A DNA stretch of 64,000 bases from contig MU058423.1 in the NCBI GenBank assembly GCA_013265495.1, positions 1,501,061 to 1,565,060 on the forward strand, written 5' to 3'. Made by a program: the position numbers and the translations under genes. Shown here piece by piece: positions 1 to 13,900 of the stretch. Numbering within the stretch: position 1 is the first letter of the stretch; each line of letters begins with the position of its first letter. The notes under the pieces are model-generated. The model did no database searches, was not told the origin of the DNA, and saw nothing but the letters and a program-made list of their open reading frames with translations. This DNA is from Vicugna vicugna. Its lineage: Eukaryota.

Positions 1-2900
1 GCGATAGTCAGAAAAACTAGTTTAAAAGTTAGAACCAAATGTGGGGATGAGATAATGAGGACTAGACACGGTGATGCAGGTCTGATCTAGGTAGTGGAAG
101 TGGCAATGGTCAAGAAAGAGAACGAGTAAGAACTGTAAAAGGGGAAAAAAGCTTTATAGAATCAATAATCCAATCAGTACACATTTATTGAATGTTTACC
201 CTTTGTAAACATCTATATAAGGTATTGTGGGTGAATCAAAGGTGAATATGGAGGGTGGTAAAGATAGAGATGATTAGATGTTTTAAGACCCAAGTGACTT
301 GGAATATAGTGCTGACACATGACTGGATGGTAAGATAGAGTACTAGTTTCTAGTAGAGAGTAATTTTATCTTTAAAGTATTAAAAGTGAAAATATTTGAT
401 CAGACATCACAGATGTAGAACTGAGGCCAATATTAGGGGTAAGGAATAAAGGGATAATGACTGTGAGAGTCATTATTGCAAAGGAGATAGTTGCAGGTAA
501 TAGCTGAAGCCTTCAACATTGGTACAGTCTTTAAGGAAGAATGTCTTGAACGCAAAACAGGGTCAAGAAAGTGCTTTAGGGAGTAGTCATAGTTGGATGC
601 TTAAAATGCAGAAAATGAATAAGAAAGGGAATATTAAGAATGACAAAAGAAACATTGCACACAATGGAACTCATGATAGGAAGAAGTTCAAGATGGAGGG
701 ATAATTAGCTAGCTGTGCCTATTTCAGCCAAGTACCTTAGGGAATGAGGATAGAGTAAAGCCAGGTTTAACTATGAGGATGTTTTTGGTAATCTTTGAGA
801 ATAAGGTAGAGTAGAATAATGGGAAAGAAAATAGATTGTAGAAAAGAGTGGGTTTCAAGACAACTTTCTGGTACATCAGTGACCAGAAGTTGGTAAATGG
901 TCCTCATTGTGGTTCATTAATACCATCTACTAACTTCCTGTCACTGAACTTGGCACTCACAAGTCAATCTTCTCTCTAATCCTACATGACTTCTCTCTAA
1001 TCCTACATATGGATAACCTCTTTGTTACCTGGTCTTTCAGTACAAAGATCTTTTTTTCCAGTTTATTTTCCATTGTATCACCAGCTAGTCACTTCTGTAG
1101 TTCTTATTATCAGATGAAATTGCTGCATCTACAAAGTTCTTGATTCAGACATCCTTCTTTCCAAACACCAGTTCCTATATTTCTAGCTTAGTTGTTTAAG
1201 TACTCCCACTCTGTTTTTTACCTTTATCTGGCCTTTCAGTCCATTCCCTTTATTTTCTCCCTATTTTAGCCTTTTATGTTCTCATTTCCATCCCATCTAG
1301 TATAGATTTTGTATTTCATCATTTGATCATTTTTTCAATACCCTAAAATCTTTTGTTCCTCTTTGATTTTTGTTATACTCTTCTGAAGACACCCCAACCC
1401 TGGATGAACTCATTGACTTACTTTCTCTTTGCCTATACCTGATGAAACAAGGGAAATCTCCCAAGAGCAGAGATTGATATCACTATAAATTTATAATCAT
1501 TACCAATCTCCCTGGGCAATCAGTGCTGCCTGATGAATCTAATATTTTATGAGGTCAGCTTATTTTCTCACAAAAGCTATTTCAAATCTTATGGATTTTC
1601 CTCAAGTCTCTTCCTCTTTTTGCTCCTCTTCTTAGCAGATGATGTCATGTCCTTTTTCACAGCTCAGATAAAAGGTACTAGATCAGAATTAACCTTCTAG
1701 CACCAAAGCTTTAAATTGATCTGCAGATGTACCTAACCTCTCTTCCAGTTCCAGTGAAGAGAAATATTTCATCAGCTCTCTTTATGATGCAATCTCCACC
1801 TGTCTTCTGGTCCCAATTTCCTACCTCCTTTTCAAACTTTACATTATTAATTATCCCTCTTTCTCCTTTATTAACAGTCTCTTCCTCTTGATGACTAACA
1901 TGAGCATTTATGCTCTGGTTCACCTAACATTAAAAACAAGAAAAAAGAAAGATATTTTCTTTGACCCCATTTAACCTCCAACTATTTACCAGTTTTTCTC
2001 TTCCCCTTTATTGTCAAAGTTCATAAAAGAGTTGTCTGTCCTTGCCATCTTCATATTCTTTCTTTATAATTCTCTCCTGGCAACTTCTTTCCCCACCAAA
2101 CTGCTCTTTTAAAGCCATCAGTGATATTTATGCCATTAATTTCAGTGTACATTTTTAACCTGTATCCTACGTGGCGCCTCAGAAACTTTCAATAGACTTG
2201 GCCAATGTTTTTTGAAACTCTTTCTTCCTTTGACTTCCATTGTATCAGAATCTCTTGGTTTCCTTTCTACCACTCAAAGGAAATGGGAAGCTGCTGACAT
2301 ATTTTAAGCAAAGAAGGGACAGCTTTAGAGTGTGAAATAATTTGAAAAGGAGAAGATATGAAGCTACTGTAAATGTCCAAGCCAGAGATGATGTCTGTTT
2401 GGACTATAGTAGTGACAGTTGATTTGAAAAGAAATGAACAGATCAAGAGAAAGTTAAGAGGTATTATCAATAGGATTTTGTGATAGATTAAATACAGACA
2501 GTAAGAAAGCAGAAATTAACTTGTTCGGACTTAGGCTTTTAAGATAGTTGGGATGCCACTTACTGAAGGAAAAACACTGGGGAAGGCCATGTTGAGTTTT
2601 AAGAGCGTTTGAGATTCTGAGTGGAAATGTCAAAAGTCTGAATCTCAAAAGAGCTAAGATACAAATATTTGAATTGTTGATATTGAAATGGTAATTTAAC
2701 TGATGCCATGCATCTAAAATAAGTCATCTAGAGAGAGCTTACAGAGTAAGAAGAGAAGAATTCACTCTAAACTTTGGTGAATTCCAATGTTTGAAGGTTG
2801 ATTCAAGTAGGATGAGTTGGCAAAGAAGATTGAGGAGTCATACAGGGGTAAACGTGTCATATCTAGGAAACCTTGAGGACAGAATGTTTTAAGAAAAGGA
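1..2900. mobile_element. Highly decayed LINE2 fragments in LRIF1 intron 1
   Basis: L2-like pieces (e.g. acatttattgaatgtttac; pyrimidine-rich L2 ORF2-like stretch at about 1000-2270; purine-rich reverse-orientation stretches). Boundaries are approximate. Confidence 0.5.
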
Positions 2901-3016
2901 GTGAGCATTTTGGTACTCATCCAAATACATCATTTATCTCACTTAATAATTGCCTATCTTCATGTCCGTGTTTCCAGCAGTTTAAGTTCTTTCAGGAATT
3001 GTGAGTTGAACTAGCT

Positions 3017-3348
3017 TGGAGGCTAGCAAATATTTTCTGTAAAGGGCCAGATAGTAAATATTTCAGGCATTATAGGCCATGTGATCTCTGTGGCAACTTC
3101 TCAACTCTGTTGTTGCAGCATGAAAGCAGCCATGTACAATGCATAAAAAAATGGATATGAGTGTGTACTAATAAAGTTTTATTTATAAATACTGGGTTTT
3201 GAAACTCATGTAGTTTTCACATATCACAAAATATTATTCTTGTGATTTTTTTCAAATTCAAAATATAAAGGCAATTCTTAGCTTGTGTACTACACAGGAA
3301 CAAGACGGGGGACAGATGTGGCCCACAGGCTATAGTTTATTGACCCTT
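3017..3348. mobile_element. MER58B-like hAT-Charlie DNA transposon
   Basis: Typical MER58 body (ttttctgtaaagggccagatagtaaatattt...aataaagttttattta...tggcccacaggctatagtttattgaccc) with degenerate terminal inverted repeats; about 330 bp. Confidence 0.8.
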
Positions 3349-5086
3349 TCCCCATAACTAAACCTACAACATCAACCATAACAGACACTTTAAATTTTGG
3401 TTTAATATGTTAAAGTTGAATGAGTTCTGATCCAGTTTATATTTGCTTTTTGGGGTATGGGGAGGTGGTGAAGGTGGGTTTTTCTCTTCACGTCATTAAA
3501 GCAAGAACTCATACTTTTCTTTGTTCGTGCGTCTCTTTAAAGATTAACTTTTAATTTATTGAAAGTAATAGAACATTTTGAAGTACTGTCAAATGGCAAG
3601 AAAACTGTTTTAAACATTTGTAAAGATATAATTATGTTATTTTGGGTTGCAGAAAGGTAAAACTGAGTTCCAGTGCATCCTAGGATGCATAGAATTTTTG
3701 GCTTCGATTCGTGTTAATACCTGAGGGTTTAAAAGTACCTGTAGGCAGTAAAACACACTTTTGCACTAATGAGAAGTCTGCTTATTATTATTTTGTTCTT
3801 AAGTTTTTTTCTTCATTGACCTTAGTCATATAAGGTCATACTGGGTCTGTAAGACATGGACTCTTTACCCACGTTGCTGGAATTTAGCATGAGAGACTGT
3901 GTTGGCTAGTGAAAAATATTAATATATGATGACAACTTGTGGTACCATGAAGGAAATTGATAGATGTAATACTATTAATTATAAAGGAAGATCAAGGGTA
4001 GTTAAGGTGGCCAGAGAATGTATCTCCTGGGAAGTATCATTTATGTTGAGACTTAAGTTATATGGATGGGAGAGAAATACTTAGGTAGCATGTGTGATGG
4101 CCCTGAGTCCTGTGAGGGCTTAGTATTTTCCAAGAACTGAAAGGTGATTTTAGGTATATATAACTTGAAGAGTCTGCATTCAAGAAATCTACAAATAATT
4201 GATTATACAGAGACTGTTATGTATTAGATTTTTAAAAAATCAGACAACCTGTGCTAAGAACTAGTTCATAAGTATCAGAATTAAAATAGGCTAGGTTAAA
4301 AAAAATGACTTCCAGTGTATTCCGTGTTCATTGAAAACCTTTCAGCTAAATGATGTTGATATTATAAATATGGACTGACAGACAGTTGGAACTAATATGA
4401 GTAATTGCCACACCAAGATCTATTTAGCACCAAATATCAAAAATGTGCTGAAACAATAAATCAAAGAAGAAACTGGTTCCTACATGAGTAACTAAGTTTA
4501 GTCTCCAGAAATAGTGACACCCTAAGGTATCAACATAAGAGATGCCTTAAGCAAAGAAGTATGGCTGACAGTAGAACTTGTGAGTCATTATTAGAGGGAA
4601 GAACACAGAACAGATTGGGTGAAGGGAGAAAAGAGTGAGGGAAATGGAATAAGCATAAATGGAGATGAAATGAGAGTCCTGATTAGTAATAATAAAGGAG
4701 AAAACAAGAGGAAAGAATTTAAGGAAAAGGAGAAAGGAAAATGCTAATAGTGTAAGAGGAGCATGTTCTAGTAGGCAAAATTTTATCCAGGGTAAAACCT
4801 TAGAAAAGTCTACTTTTAGTTTTAGGAATAAATGCTAATATCTTATACCTATTGCCTAATCATGTGAGAAGATCTAAATCAAAGCTGATCATATCTTTGA
4901 TTATTTCTTCTACTTCTTCAAAATCTTTGTTGTGCAGTATATCACTTTGAAAATGCAAAGTGACAAATTACATACTTTTATTTTATGAATTTTTGTATTT
5001 TAAAAATAATATTTGCAAATATGTTTTTAAATAAAATGTATATACCATGTAGTATGTTGTATTTATTTACTCAATGTTCTTTTAAG

Positions 5087-6593
5087 TGTTTCAGGATGCA
5101 TGTACCAAGTAGTTCAGACGATTGGCTCGGATGGAAAAAATCTTCTGCAATTACTTCCAATTCCTAATTCCTCTGGAAATCTTATACCGCTAGTTCAATC
5201 TTCAGTCATGTCTGATGCTTTGAAAGGGAATACAGGAAGCCCAGTTCAAGTTACTTTTAAGACTCAGATTTCCAGCTCTTCCACAAGTTCATCAGTTCAA
5301 TTGCCCATTTTTCAGCCAGCCAGTTCTTCAAACTATTTTCTTACAAGAACAGTAGATACAGCAGAAAAAGTTAGAGTTACTTCTGTGGGAACTGAAAATT
5401 TTACCTCATCAGTTTCTAAAGTTCAGAGTCATGGTGTGAAAATTGATGGACTCACCATGCAAACATTTGCTGTTTCTCCCTCCTCAACACAAAATGATTC
5501 ATCTTTTATTTTAGTAAATACCCAGAGTCTTCCAATGACTGTCAAGTCTCCAGTTTTGCCTTCTGGGCATCATTTACAGATTCCAGCCCATGCTGAAGTG
5601 AAATCTGTACCAGCGTCATCATTGCCTCCTTCAGTTCAGCAAAAGATACTTGCATCTGCAACCACAAGTACCTCAGGAACAGTTGAGGCCTCCCAAATAC
5701 CGACTGTTATTTATGTATCTCCTGTAAATACAGTGAAAAATGTAGTTACCAAGAACTTTCAAAACATTTACCCAAAACCTGTTACAGAAATAGCAAAGCC
5801 AGTGATACTAAATACCACACAAATTCCAGTGAATGTTGCTAAGGAGACACAATTAAAAGGTGGTCAGCATTCTCAAGCTGCTCCAGTGAAATGGATTTTT
5901 CAAGAAAATCTACAGCCTTGCACTCCATCTCTTGTTCCTGTTAAATCTTCAAATAATGTGGCTTCAAAGATTTTAAAAACTTTTGTAGATAGGAAAAGTT
6001 TGGGAGACAATACTGTTAATATGCCACCATTGAGTACCATCAGTCCTGGTGGGACACAATCCAAAAGTATGCCTATTAAAGATAATGCTTTGGTTATGTT
6101 TAATGGGAAAGTCTACCTGTTGGCTAAAAAGGGGACAGATGTTTTGCCATCACTAATTGACCAACAGAATTCTGTTTCTCCTGATATTCCAAGAAAAGAT
6201 ACATCTCAGATAGTGAGTTCAAGTCCAGTCACAGAAATATCCAGAGAGGTTGTAAATATTGTTTTGGCTAAAAGTAAATCTTCCCAGATGGAGACAAAAT
6301 CACTTTCAAATACCCGACTTGCTTCCATGGCCAATCTAAGGGCAGAGAAGAATAAAAAAGTGGAGAAACCATTTCTTTCTACCCCAGATCCACATAATAT
6401 GAACCAATCCATTAACTGCTTAAAACAGAGTAAGACTTTATTCACAAAGCCAGACTTTCCAGATGGATTTAGTACAGGACAGAATGCCCCCAGAAAAGGA
6501 AATATCATCCAGAGCATAGAGAAAATAAATTCCTCTGTTGATGCAACAACTGTTACTTCACAACAGTGTGTTTTCAGAGACCAAGAACCAAAG
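5087..6593 (+). CDS. LRIF1: LRIF1 (HBiX1/C1orf103) large coding exon 2
   Basis: Acceptor ttttaAG at 5085-5086, then (TG|T)-GTT-TCA-GGA-TGC-ATG = [27 protein letters not shown]..., matching the LRIF1 protein as I recall it. Open frame to ...[11 protein letters not shown], then donor AAG|GTAATT at 6594. Exon 1 is not in the window. Confidence 0.96.
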
Positions 6594-7784
6594 GTAATTT
6601 TCCCATGTCAGGGTGTTCTTTTTATCTATGTATATAGAAATCTTTTCTTTCTTAATTCTCAAAGTTATCTATGATACCTCTTTCCCACTCCTCTCCCATC
6701 CTCCTCTTCATCACACACATACCATACAGACATGAATGCTTAAATAAGTCAAAGCTTTCATCAGAAGAAAACTCTTCAGGAGTGTGATAGAGAGAACTCA
6801 AGCAGTATCTTTCTCTTGAATCATTTGGCATGCCAAGTCTTTAAAACAAAACTAAACAAATCACAGAGCAACAAGGTTTAGAAGAGTTAGAGAAGGACAA
6901 TGTGAATTCAAATCTTAGTAAAACTGTGTGTGTGTATATGTACATACTTATATTTGTACACTGAAATACATATACATACATAAATATTTCAGAGCCTACT
7001 TTGAGTATATGCACAGATTATTATTATACATAGAGGAGAGCTGGGATTTGTTTGTTTCTTTGTGGTGTTAGGGAGATATCTGGCAGGTTTTTTTTTTAGG
7101 TGGTGGAAGGGGTAGGACAGGGCTTATCTTTCAGTCATTTGTGGAAATAGGATTTATCAACATCTTGATTGGGTTGGGTTTTTTTTTTCAGTAGACAAGT
7201 TTCCTTTTCCTTTTTTTAGCCCTTCTTTCTGACATCTCATTCAATTATCCAACATACCCACATAGTTACCTTTCTGTTCTACTTAAGATACGTGTGTCTG
7301 TGCTCACTAAATATTTGTACCCAACTTTTCCTTCTTAGGGGTCTACTTAATAACGTCAGCATTTCTCCCCTTCAGTACAGAATTCACTGAACTTCAGAGA
7401 TGTAAGGAGGTACATTCTGATTAAGTATAAGATTGATTAAAGGCATAAGAGTTTTCCGAAACATGACAGTTTCCAAAATAAAGCCATATAGATTACTTTT
7501 AACTTGTCATTAGTCTCTATTCTCATTTCATTTGTTTCAGAATTGACTACCTGCTACTTTTCTAGTGCAAGGAAGTAAAATTGCAAGGGAACATCGTGGA
7601 TTTGCTCAGTTAAGTTCAGGTTTTCAAGTGTGGGTAGTAAGGCAAGAGTAAAGCAGTCCAATCATTTAGGACTTTAAAGCATGACATTTTAAGTAAGATG
7701 AGATAATCACTTAGTTGCTAGTCTGATAAAATAGCTTAAGTAATTGGCAGTATTGTTTGTGTGTTTTTTTTTTCCTAATTCCAG

Positions 7785-8054
7785 ATCCAGAATGAGATGG
7801 CATCAACATTAGAAAAAGTTACTCAAGAAAGAAATAACAGGAAAAATTCTCAAGGAAGAAGCAATAAGGCATATCTGAAGAATGATGCTGAACTTAAAAA
7901 GATATTTGGTCTCACTAAAGATTTGAGAGTATGCCTTACTCGGATTCCTCACCATTTGGGCTCTGGAGAATGTTTTGATTTATTTAGCAATTTGGTGAAG
8001 AGTGATACTTACAAAGAGACACAATTTATAGTGAAGGAGGAAGGGAGAAAACAG
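7785..8054 (+). CDS. LRIF1: LRIF1 coding exon 3 (contains the likely short-isoform start Met and the HP1-binding LRVCL motif)
   Basis: Polypyrimidine tract then ccAG at 7783-7784; translates [11 protein letters not shown]...[18 protein letters not shown]...EGRKQ; donor CAG|GTAATA at 8055; 270 nt, phase 0. Confidence 0.95.
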
Positions 8055-8908
8055 GTAATAGATTTTGAAGTGTCCTTTGTATGTACTCCAAAGATACATA
8101 AATGTATTAACTTTCTTGATAGGGTTTTTTGTCTTGTGCATTAATAGGAATGATAGTTGTTACCAAATTTGAGTATATATGTATTATACCAGCGTGGTTT
8201 TGAAAAGAACCATGTATGCACAGATAAAAATACATTCCCAGTTAATTTTTTTTTAATTTTAAGTATTTTTATTCACCTGCTGTTTATCATAAAATTTTAA
8301 GAAAATGACTTTTTAATTAGTTATCCTACTTTGAAGACCATATCTAAAATAAATAACAGAACTGTAGAGGAAATATAAGCATGCAAATATTCACTACAGT
8401 ATTACTCTTAATATATAAAACAGCTTAAGAAATCTACACAATAATGATGAAAAGAAATATCCCTCTAGCTTTGTCTACTGTCATTCTACTTATAAATATT
8501 TTACCATTGTTTAATATCCTGAGCTACAGATCAGAGACCAGTCAGTCTTTCCCAGTGGTAATCTATATATGCCTACCATGCAGAGGAAAAAATAAATTCT
8601 ATTTCTTAGGCTCTTCACAAATTGTTATGTTTTGGTAGTAGACCAGTACAGCTCCTAATACTCAACTTAAGCAGGAAAATGTGAATTAAGCAATTCTCAG
8701 TGAATACCATCAGGACATTGCTATTCACTTTGATGCCATACAGTAGTAAATGCTAATTTCTTGCTGTAGTTGTTCTCAATAGATCTTGTTGAGTTGAATT
8801 TAATTGCTAAATATTTATATCTGCAAACTTCATTAAATTTGAGAGTACACTATGTATACAGCAATAATATTTGTTTTTCTTTTGGAATCTTACTCACAAT
8901 TGCAACAG

Positions 8909-9346
8909 GGTTTTGATAAGAAAAGAAAAGCAAAAACAGCTAAGAAGATGGATCACACAAAGAAGAGAAAAACTGAGAACATTTGTAATACAGCTCTAAA
9001 TGGAGGAACTAATGTCACTAGTTCGCAAGACTTTAGCAGTATTTTACCAACTTCAAATGTATCACACTGTAGCAATCTCTCAAGCCTCAGCAAAACCAGA
9101 GAAGAAGAGAGACCTGAGATAGAAGATTGTACCCAAGAGAACCAAGAGAAAGGCACACTGAGTTCAAGTGCAGCTTTTGAACAAAGTCATTCCTTCAATA
9201 AAAATTATACTGATGATATTTTCCCCATGACACCACCAGAGTTAGAAGAAACCATTAGAGATGAAAAAATAAGAAGACTTAAGCAGGCACTGAGAGAGAA
9301 AGAAGCAGCTCTTGAAGAAATGCGTAAGAAGATGCAGCAAAAATAA
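8909..9346 (+). CDS. LRIF1: LRIF1 terminal coding exon 4 (basic NLS-like stretch and C-terminal coiled coil)
   Basis: Acceptor caacAG at 8907-8908; translates GFDKKRKAK...[38 protein letters not shown], stop TAA at 9344-9346. Confidence 0.95.
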   Translation, partial: GFDKKRKAKTAKKMDHTKKRKTENICNTALNGGTNVTSSQDFSSILPTSNVSHCSNLSSLSKTREEERPEIEDCTQENQEKGTLSSSAAFEQSHSFNKNYTDDIFPMTPPELEETIRDEKIRRLKQALREKEAALEEMRKKMQQK

Positions 9347-10369
9347 AATATTGCTATGCTAAAAGACTTGAATGAAATAGCTGTGTTTTTCATATACTTT
9401 TGCATTAAGTTAATTATAGATGCATTCTGAAAGCATCTTTGAAGATGAAACTTGTCTTTTCATTATAAAATTGATTATAAAATTTTATTTAAGGAGTACA
9501 GAAAAGGTTAATTCACTTGTGACTTTTGTGAATAATCTACATGTGGTATCTGGGTCTTTGTCCAGACCTTTTTTTGAAAGGAGAATTTTTCTATTTTTCT
9601 TTTACTTTAACTAGAATTCCCCAAGTTGGAATATTTGTTATTGTTTATATCTTTAGCTAAATTGCACAGATGTTATTCCAGCAATAGGTATTTGTGTACT
9701 GCTGAAATTAACAATCCAAGAGAGGAAATCAGCTCTAAACAGCTTTGTCAATTGACTTGTGTATGTATATGTCTTTTTATCCATAAAATGATGATAGCTT
9801 CTACTCATCTTTGATGTAAATATTTTTTTAATTTCATGAAAGAAAATGTATTATAGCAGCATCACTTAAAAATTCAAACATTTCTCAAGCGTGAGGGACA
9901 CTTGTTTTGTAACTTTGACAAAGTAGTTTCATATAATCCAAAATGGGTTTTAGAATTTAGGCTATATAATGTATTGTTTGCTTAAAGTGATATGTTACTA
10001 TTCCTACGTGAATGGTTCCTTTTTTTTTTTGATATGTACATATGTGATTTGGATTGTATGAGAAGTAAATCTGAATATGGCCATATTTCATACTTTTTAA
10101 AATTGTAAAGTGTAGTTTTCCTAATAGAGGCAAACAAACATTTTTCTATCTGGTTGTCTTTGGTTTGGAGAGTGGTGTAGAGATAGAGATTAAGGAGAAG
10201 GAGGAAAAGAAAAAGAAGGAAGAAGGAAAAATTTTAACAATTAACAAATTCCTGGAAGTAAGTCAAATAAAATCTGTACATTGCCAACAAAATAGAAAAC
10301 AGTACATCAGAAAATACTGACAAGGAGCAGAACAAATGCAAACTGAGCACCAGATTCTCCTGCCTTTTT

Positions 10370-10980
10370 GGTATTTTTGTAACAGCTTTATTGAGATAAT
10401 TCACATACCATAAAATTCACCCATTTAAAGTGTATAATTCCGTGGTATTCGTTGTATTCACAGAGCTGCACAGCCATCAAATGATCTAATTTTAGAACAT
10501 CTTTATTATCCCCTAAGAAATCTCATAAGCATTAGCAGTCACTCCCCAGACTCGCCTTTTCCCAGCCCTCGGCAGCCACTAGTACACTTTCTGTCTGTAT
10601 ATTTGACTATTTTGGACATTCATATGCATAAACTAAATCATTCAGCGTATTTTCTTTTGTGACTGATTTCTTTCACTTAGCTTAATGTTTTCAAGTTTCA
10701 TTGTGCTGTGTCAGGTCTATTAGTACTTAATTCTTTTTAAAATTGCTGAGTAAGATTCCATTGTATGGATATACCACACTTCATTTATCCATTCATTTGT
10801 TTATAGACATTTGGGTTGTGTACATTTTGGATAGTAGGATGTTATGTTGCTGTGTTGCCATGAATATTTGGTACGTGTTTTTGTGTGGACATATGTTTTC
10901 AGTTCTCTTGAGTACATACCTAGGAGTGTAATTGCTGGGTCATATCCTCTTTGAAGGACTGCCAAACTATTCCAGGCAGG
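10370..10980 (-). mobile_element. Old L1 (L1MB-like) 3' end
   Basis: acagctttattgagataattcacataccataaaattcacccatttaaagtgt is the typical reverse L1MB 3' terminus; the - strand ORF 10801-11058 has L1 ORF2 C-terminal similarity (YDPAITLLG). Confidence 0.8.
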
Positions 10981-13900
10981 TTTTGCTCCCCTTACCACAC
11001 CAAAATAGATCTTGTTAAGGACACCAGTGACTTCCATGTTGCTATATCTAATGGTCATTTGTCAGTCTTCTTAATTTATCTATTAGTGGGAATATAAGTT
11101 CATTAATTACCACCTATGAAAAATTTTAACATTTTATTATTAAAGAAACATATGTGTGCATTGTGGGAAAAATTAAAACACAAGTTAAAATATTAAAAAT
11201 TAACATTTCATATTCCCATCAAGCTAAAATATTAAATTTGGGTGCTAGGAGATATATAGTTAAAGGCCATAAGTAAACATATTATTTAAAGTCATAGGTC
11301 TGGATATCTTCACTTAGGGAAATAGTATAAATGAATAAGATAGAACTGTGGGCTCTTATGTCTGAGTACATTTAAAGGTTTGAAGAAGGACAATCTCAAG
11401 TGAAATTTGAGGATTGGAAGAGATTATTGAATTTGTATTTATAAATCCTTCAATAGTGCCTGACACATAGCAATGTATCATTGTTTTTAATTCTTATTTT
11501 TTATTGACATGTTGATTTACAATGTTAGTTTCAGGTATACAGCAAAGCGATCCAGCTATACATATACTATCAGTGTTTGTTAAATAAATTAAACTAAAAT
11601 CATCCTAATAGACATATTGCCTCCATCCTCATTTCATTTCATTTTTTTCTTTAACCTCTTTTTCAGCCTACTTTCTCCTTTTGATTTTTTGGCTTATTAT
11701 TAAGACTTTTTTGTTCATGGAATCAAGCACCCACATTTCTTCTCATAATGTATTTCATGATACGGAAATGTGGCTTGAATACTTTACAGCAAAATTCTCA
11801 AAATTTGTCTATACTGATGATCTTAAACTCCTACCCTCTCATTCTGAAATTCACTCAAATTAGGGTTTTATTTTTACCAGTCTACTAAAGCTGTTTTTCT
11901 CAAGGTCTCCAACAGTCATCGTATTGCTACATCTAACTGTCAATCCTTAGTCTTTATCTAACTTGACCTGTCAGTAGGATTTGCTACTTTTTATAAGTCT
12001 GTCTTTGAAATTTTTTCTTAACTCTGCTACCAGGACACCATATTTTTTATTTCCTACTACCTTATTGGCTGCTCCTCTTCAGTCTCTTTGGCTGATTTCC
12101 TCCCCTTCTCCTTGATCTCTTATTGTTGGAGTTACTTATTGCTCAGGTCTTATATGTCTGTTTTACACCTATATTCACTTGCGATAATCTCATCTAGCTC
12201 TTTTTTTCTTTTTTTTTTAAATTGAAGTATAGTCAGTTTACAATCTGTCAATTTCTGGTGTACAGCATAATGTTTCAGTCATACATATACATACATATAT
12301 TCCTTTTCTTATTCTTCATTATAGGTTCACCTGGAATCTGACCATTGTTTACCACCTCCACTGTGACAACCTTGCATTATCTCTTATTAGAATCATTGAA
12401 ATAACTGTCTCCCTGCTTCCACCAGTGTCCTTCTACAACCTTTACTTAGCACAATAGCCAAGTAATTGTGTTAAAAGTGTAAGTTAAGGAGGAGGAAAGG
12501 ACCAAAAACCAAATAGGAAAATGAGGAAAATATATGAACAGACAATTTGCCATGAAAGATTTTTTTTAAAAACCCTCAAACATATGAGAAGTATTCAAAT
12601 TCACTCAAAATGAAATAAAAATTAAAGCCACTCAGATACCATTTCTCATTGGTCAGAATGGAACATTTAAGAATATAGCAACACATTCTGTTGGCAAAGC
12701 TGTGAAGAAATAGGCATGTTCATACATTGCTGATGAGAATGCAAATTGGTACATGTAAATTGGGAATGCAAATTCTTCTGGAGGGAAATTTGGCAATGTC
12801 TAACAAAATTACATATGTATTTACCTTTCAATCAATGGGGCTATCAATTCTGTTTCTAAGAATCTATCCTGAAGCTATACCTCCAACAATATGAAAATAT
12901 ATAGCTACAAAATATATTAGCTACAATGTTGTTTTTAATTGCAAAGTATTGGAAACAACATAAATGCCCATTCATAGGAGAGTAGTTGAAAAAAAAAACA
13001 TAAAATGAAAAAAAAAAAGCAAAGCACAAAAGAGTATTCATAGCATGTTACCCTTCATATAAGAAGAGCTGTGAGAACATACATAAACATCTGTTCACTT
13101 GTACAAAAAAACACAGGAAGGGTAAACTAAAAGCTAACAAGACTGACTACCAAAGGGGCAGGGATAGAAAGAACAGGGGAATGGCAGTGTGTCAGCAAGG
13201 ATGTAGTACAGTAATATTTCTCTGATTGTATCTTTTTGTATAGCTCTTAGAATCATGCTAATGTCTTGTATAATCTTCACATAATCCTAAATAACTGATT
13301 AAAACCAAACAGGAAATGGGGGCAACTCAAACGAATACAAATGCTAACAAATGAAAGTAAATGTATTGTGAAAGAATAACATGATAATACTTAAGGGGAT
13401 GAAAAAGAAAACAACTAACTAACCAAAGTAACCTAGAAGCAGTATAGATACTGGGCACAAAGCTAACGACTTAAGCACTGTAGTTAGTGAAAGTTTTTCT
13501 CACAGGGGTATGAGTCAGCAGTCCTGAACTACTTTTGCGTGTACACTAGAATAGAACAAATGAGTACATATATTGCAGATAATGAGAGCCAGGTTTCTGA
13601 CTGTTGGAGGAAGACATTATGAGGAAAGGAAGAAAGTGAAAATAAATCCTGTAGTATTGGATTGGAACAAGAGGCATCAGTATAAGCTCGTGATTTTTAA
13701 TATATATTCAGACAGATTAAGAAATACACATATGGGTCTATGTGTGGCATACATTCACATATTTCCTAACTTATTCACTGAGGGCCGAGAAGCAGTGATA
13801 CTCCAGAACAAAGAGCACACCTAGCATCAGTTCTTGGCTTCTAAATACCATTCCCCAACGTAAGGAACCAGGGCTCCTTGAATAAGTTGATTCCAGGGTG

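Noticed and set aside
5100..6674. 524-aa ORF as a single-exon gene
   Set aside because: It is LRIF1 exon 2 reading past the donor at 6594; the last 26 residues are intronic.
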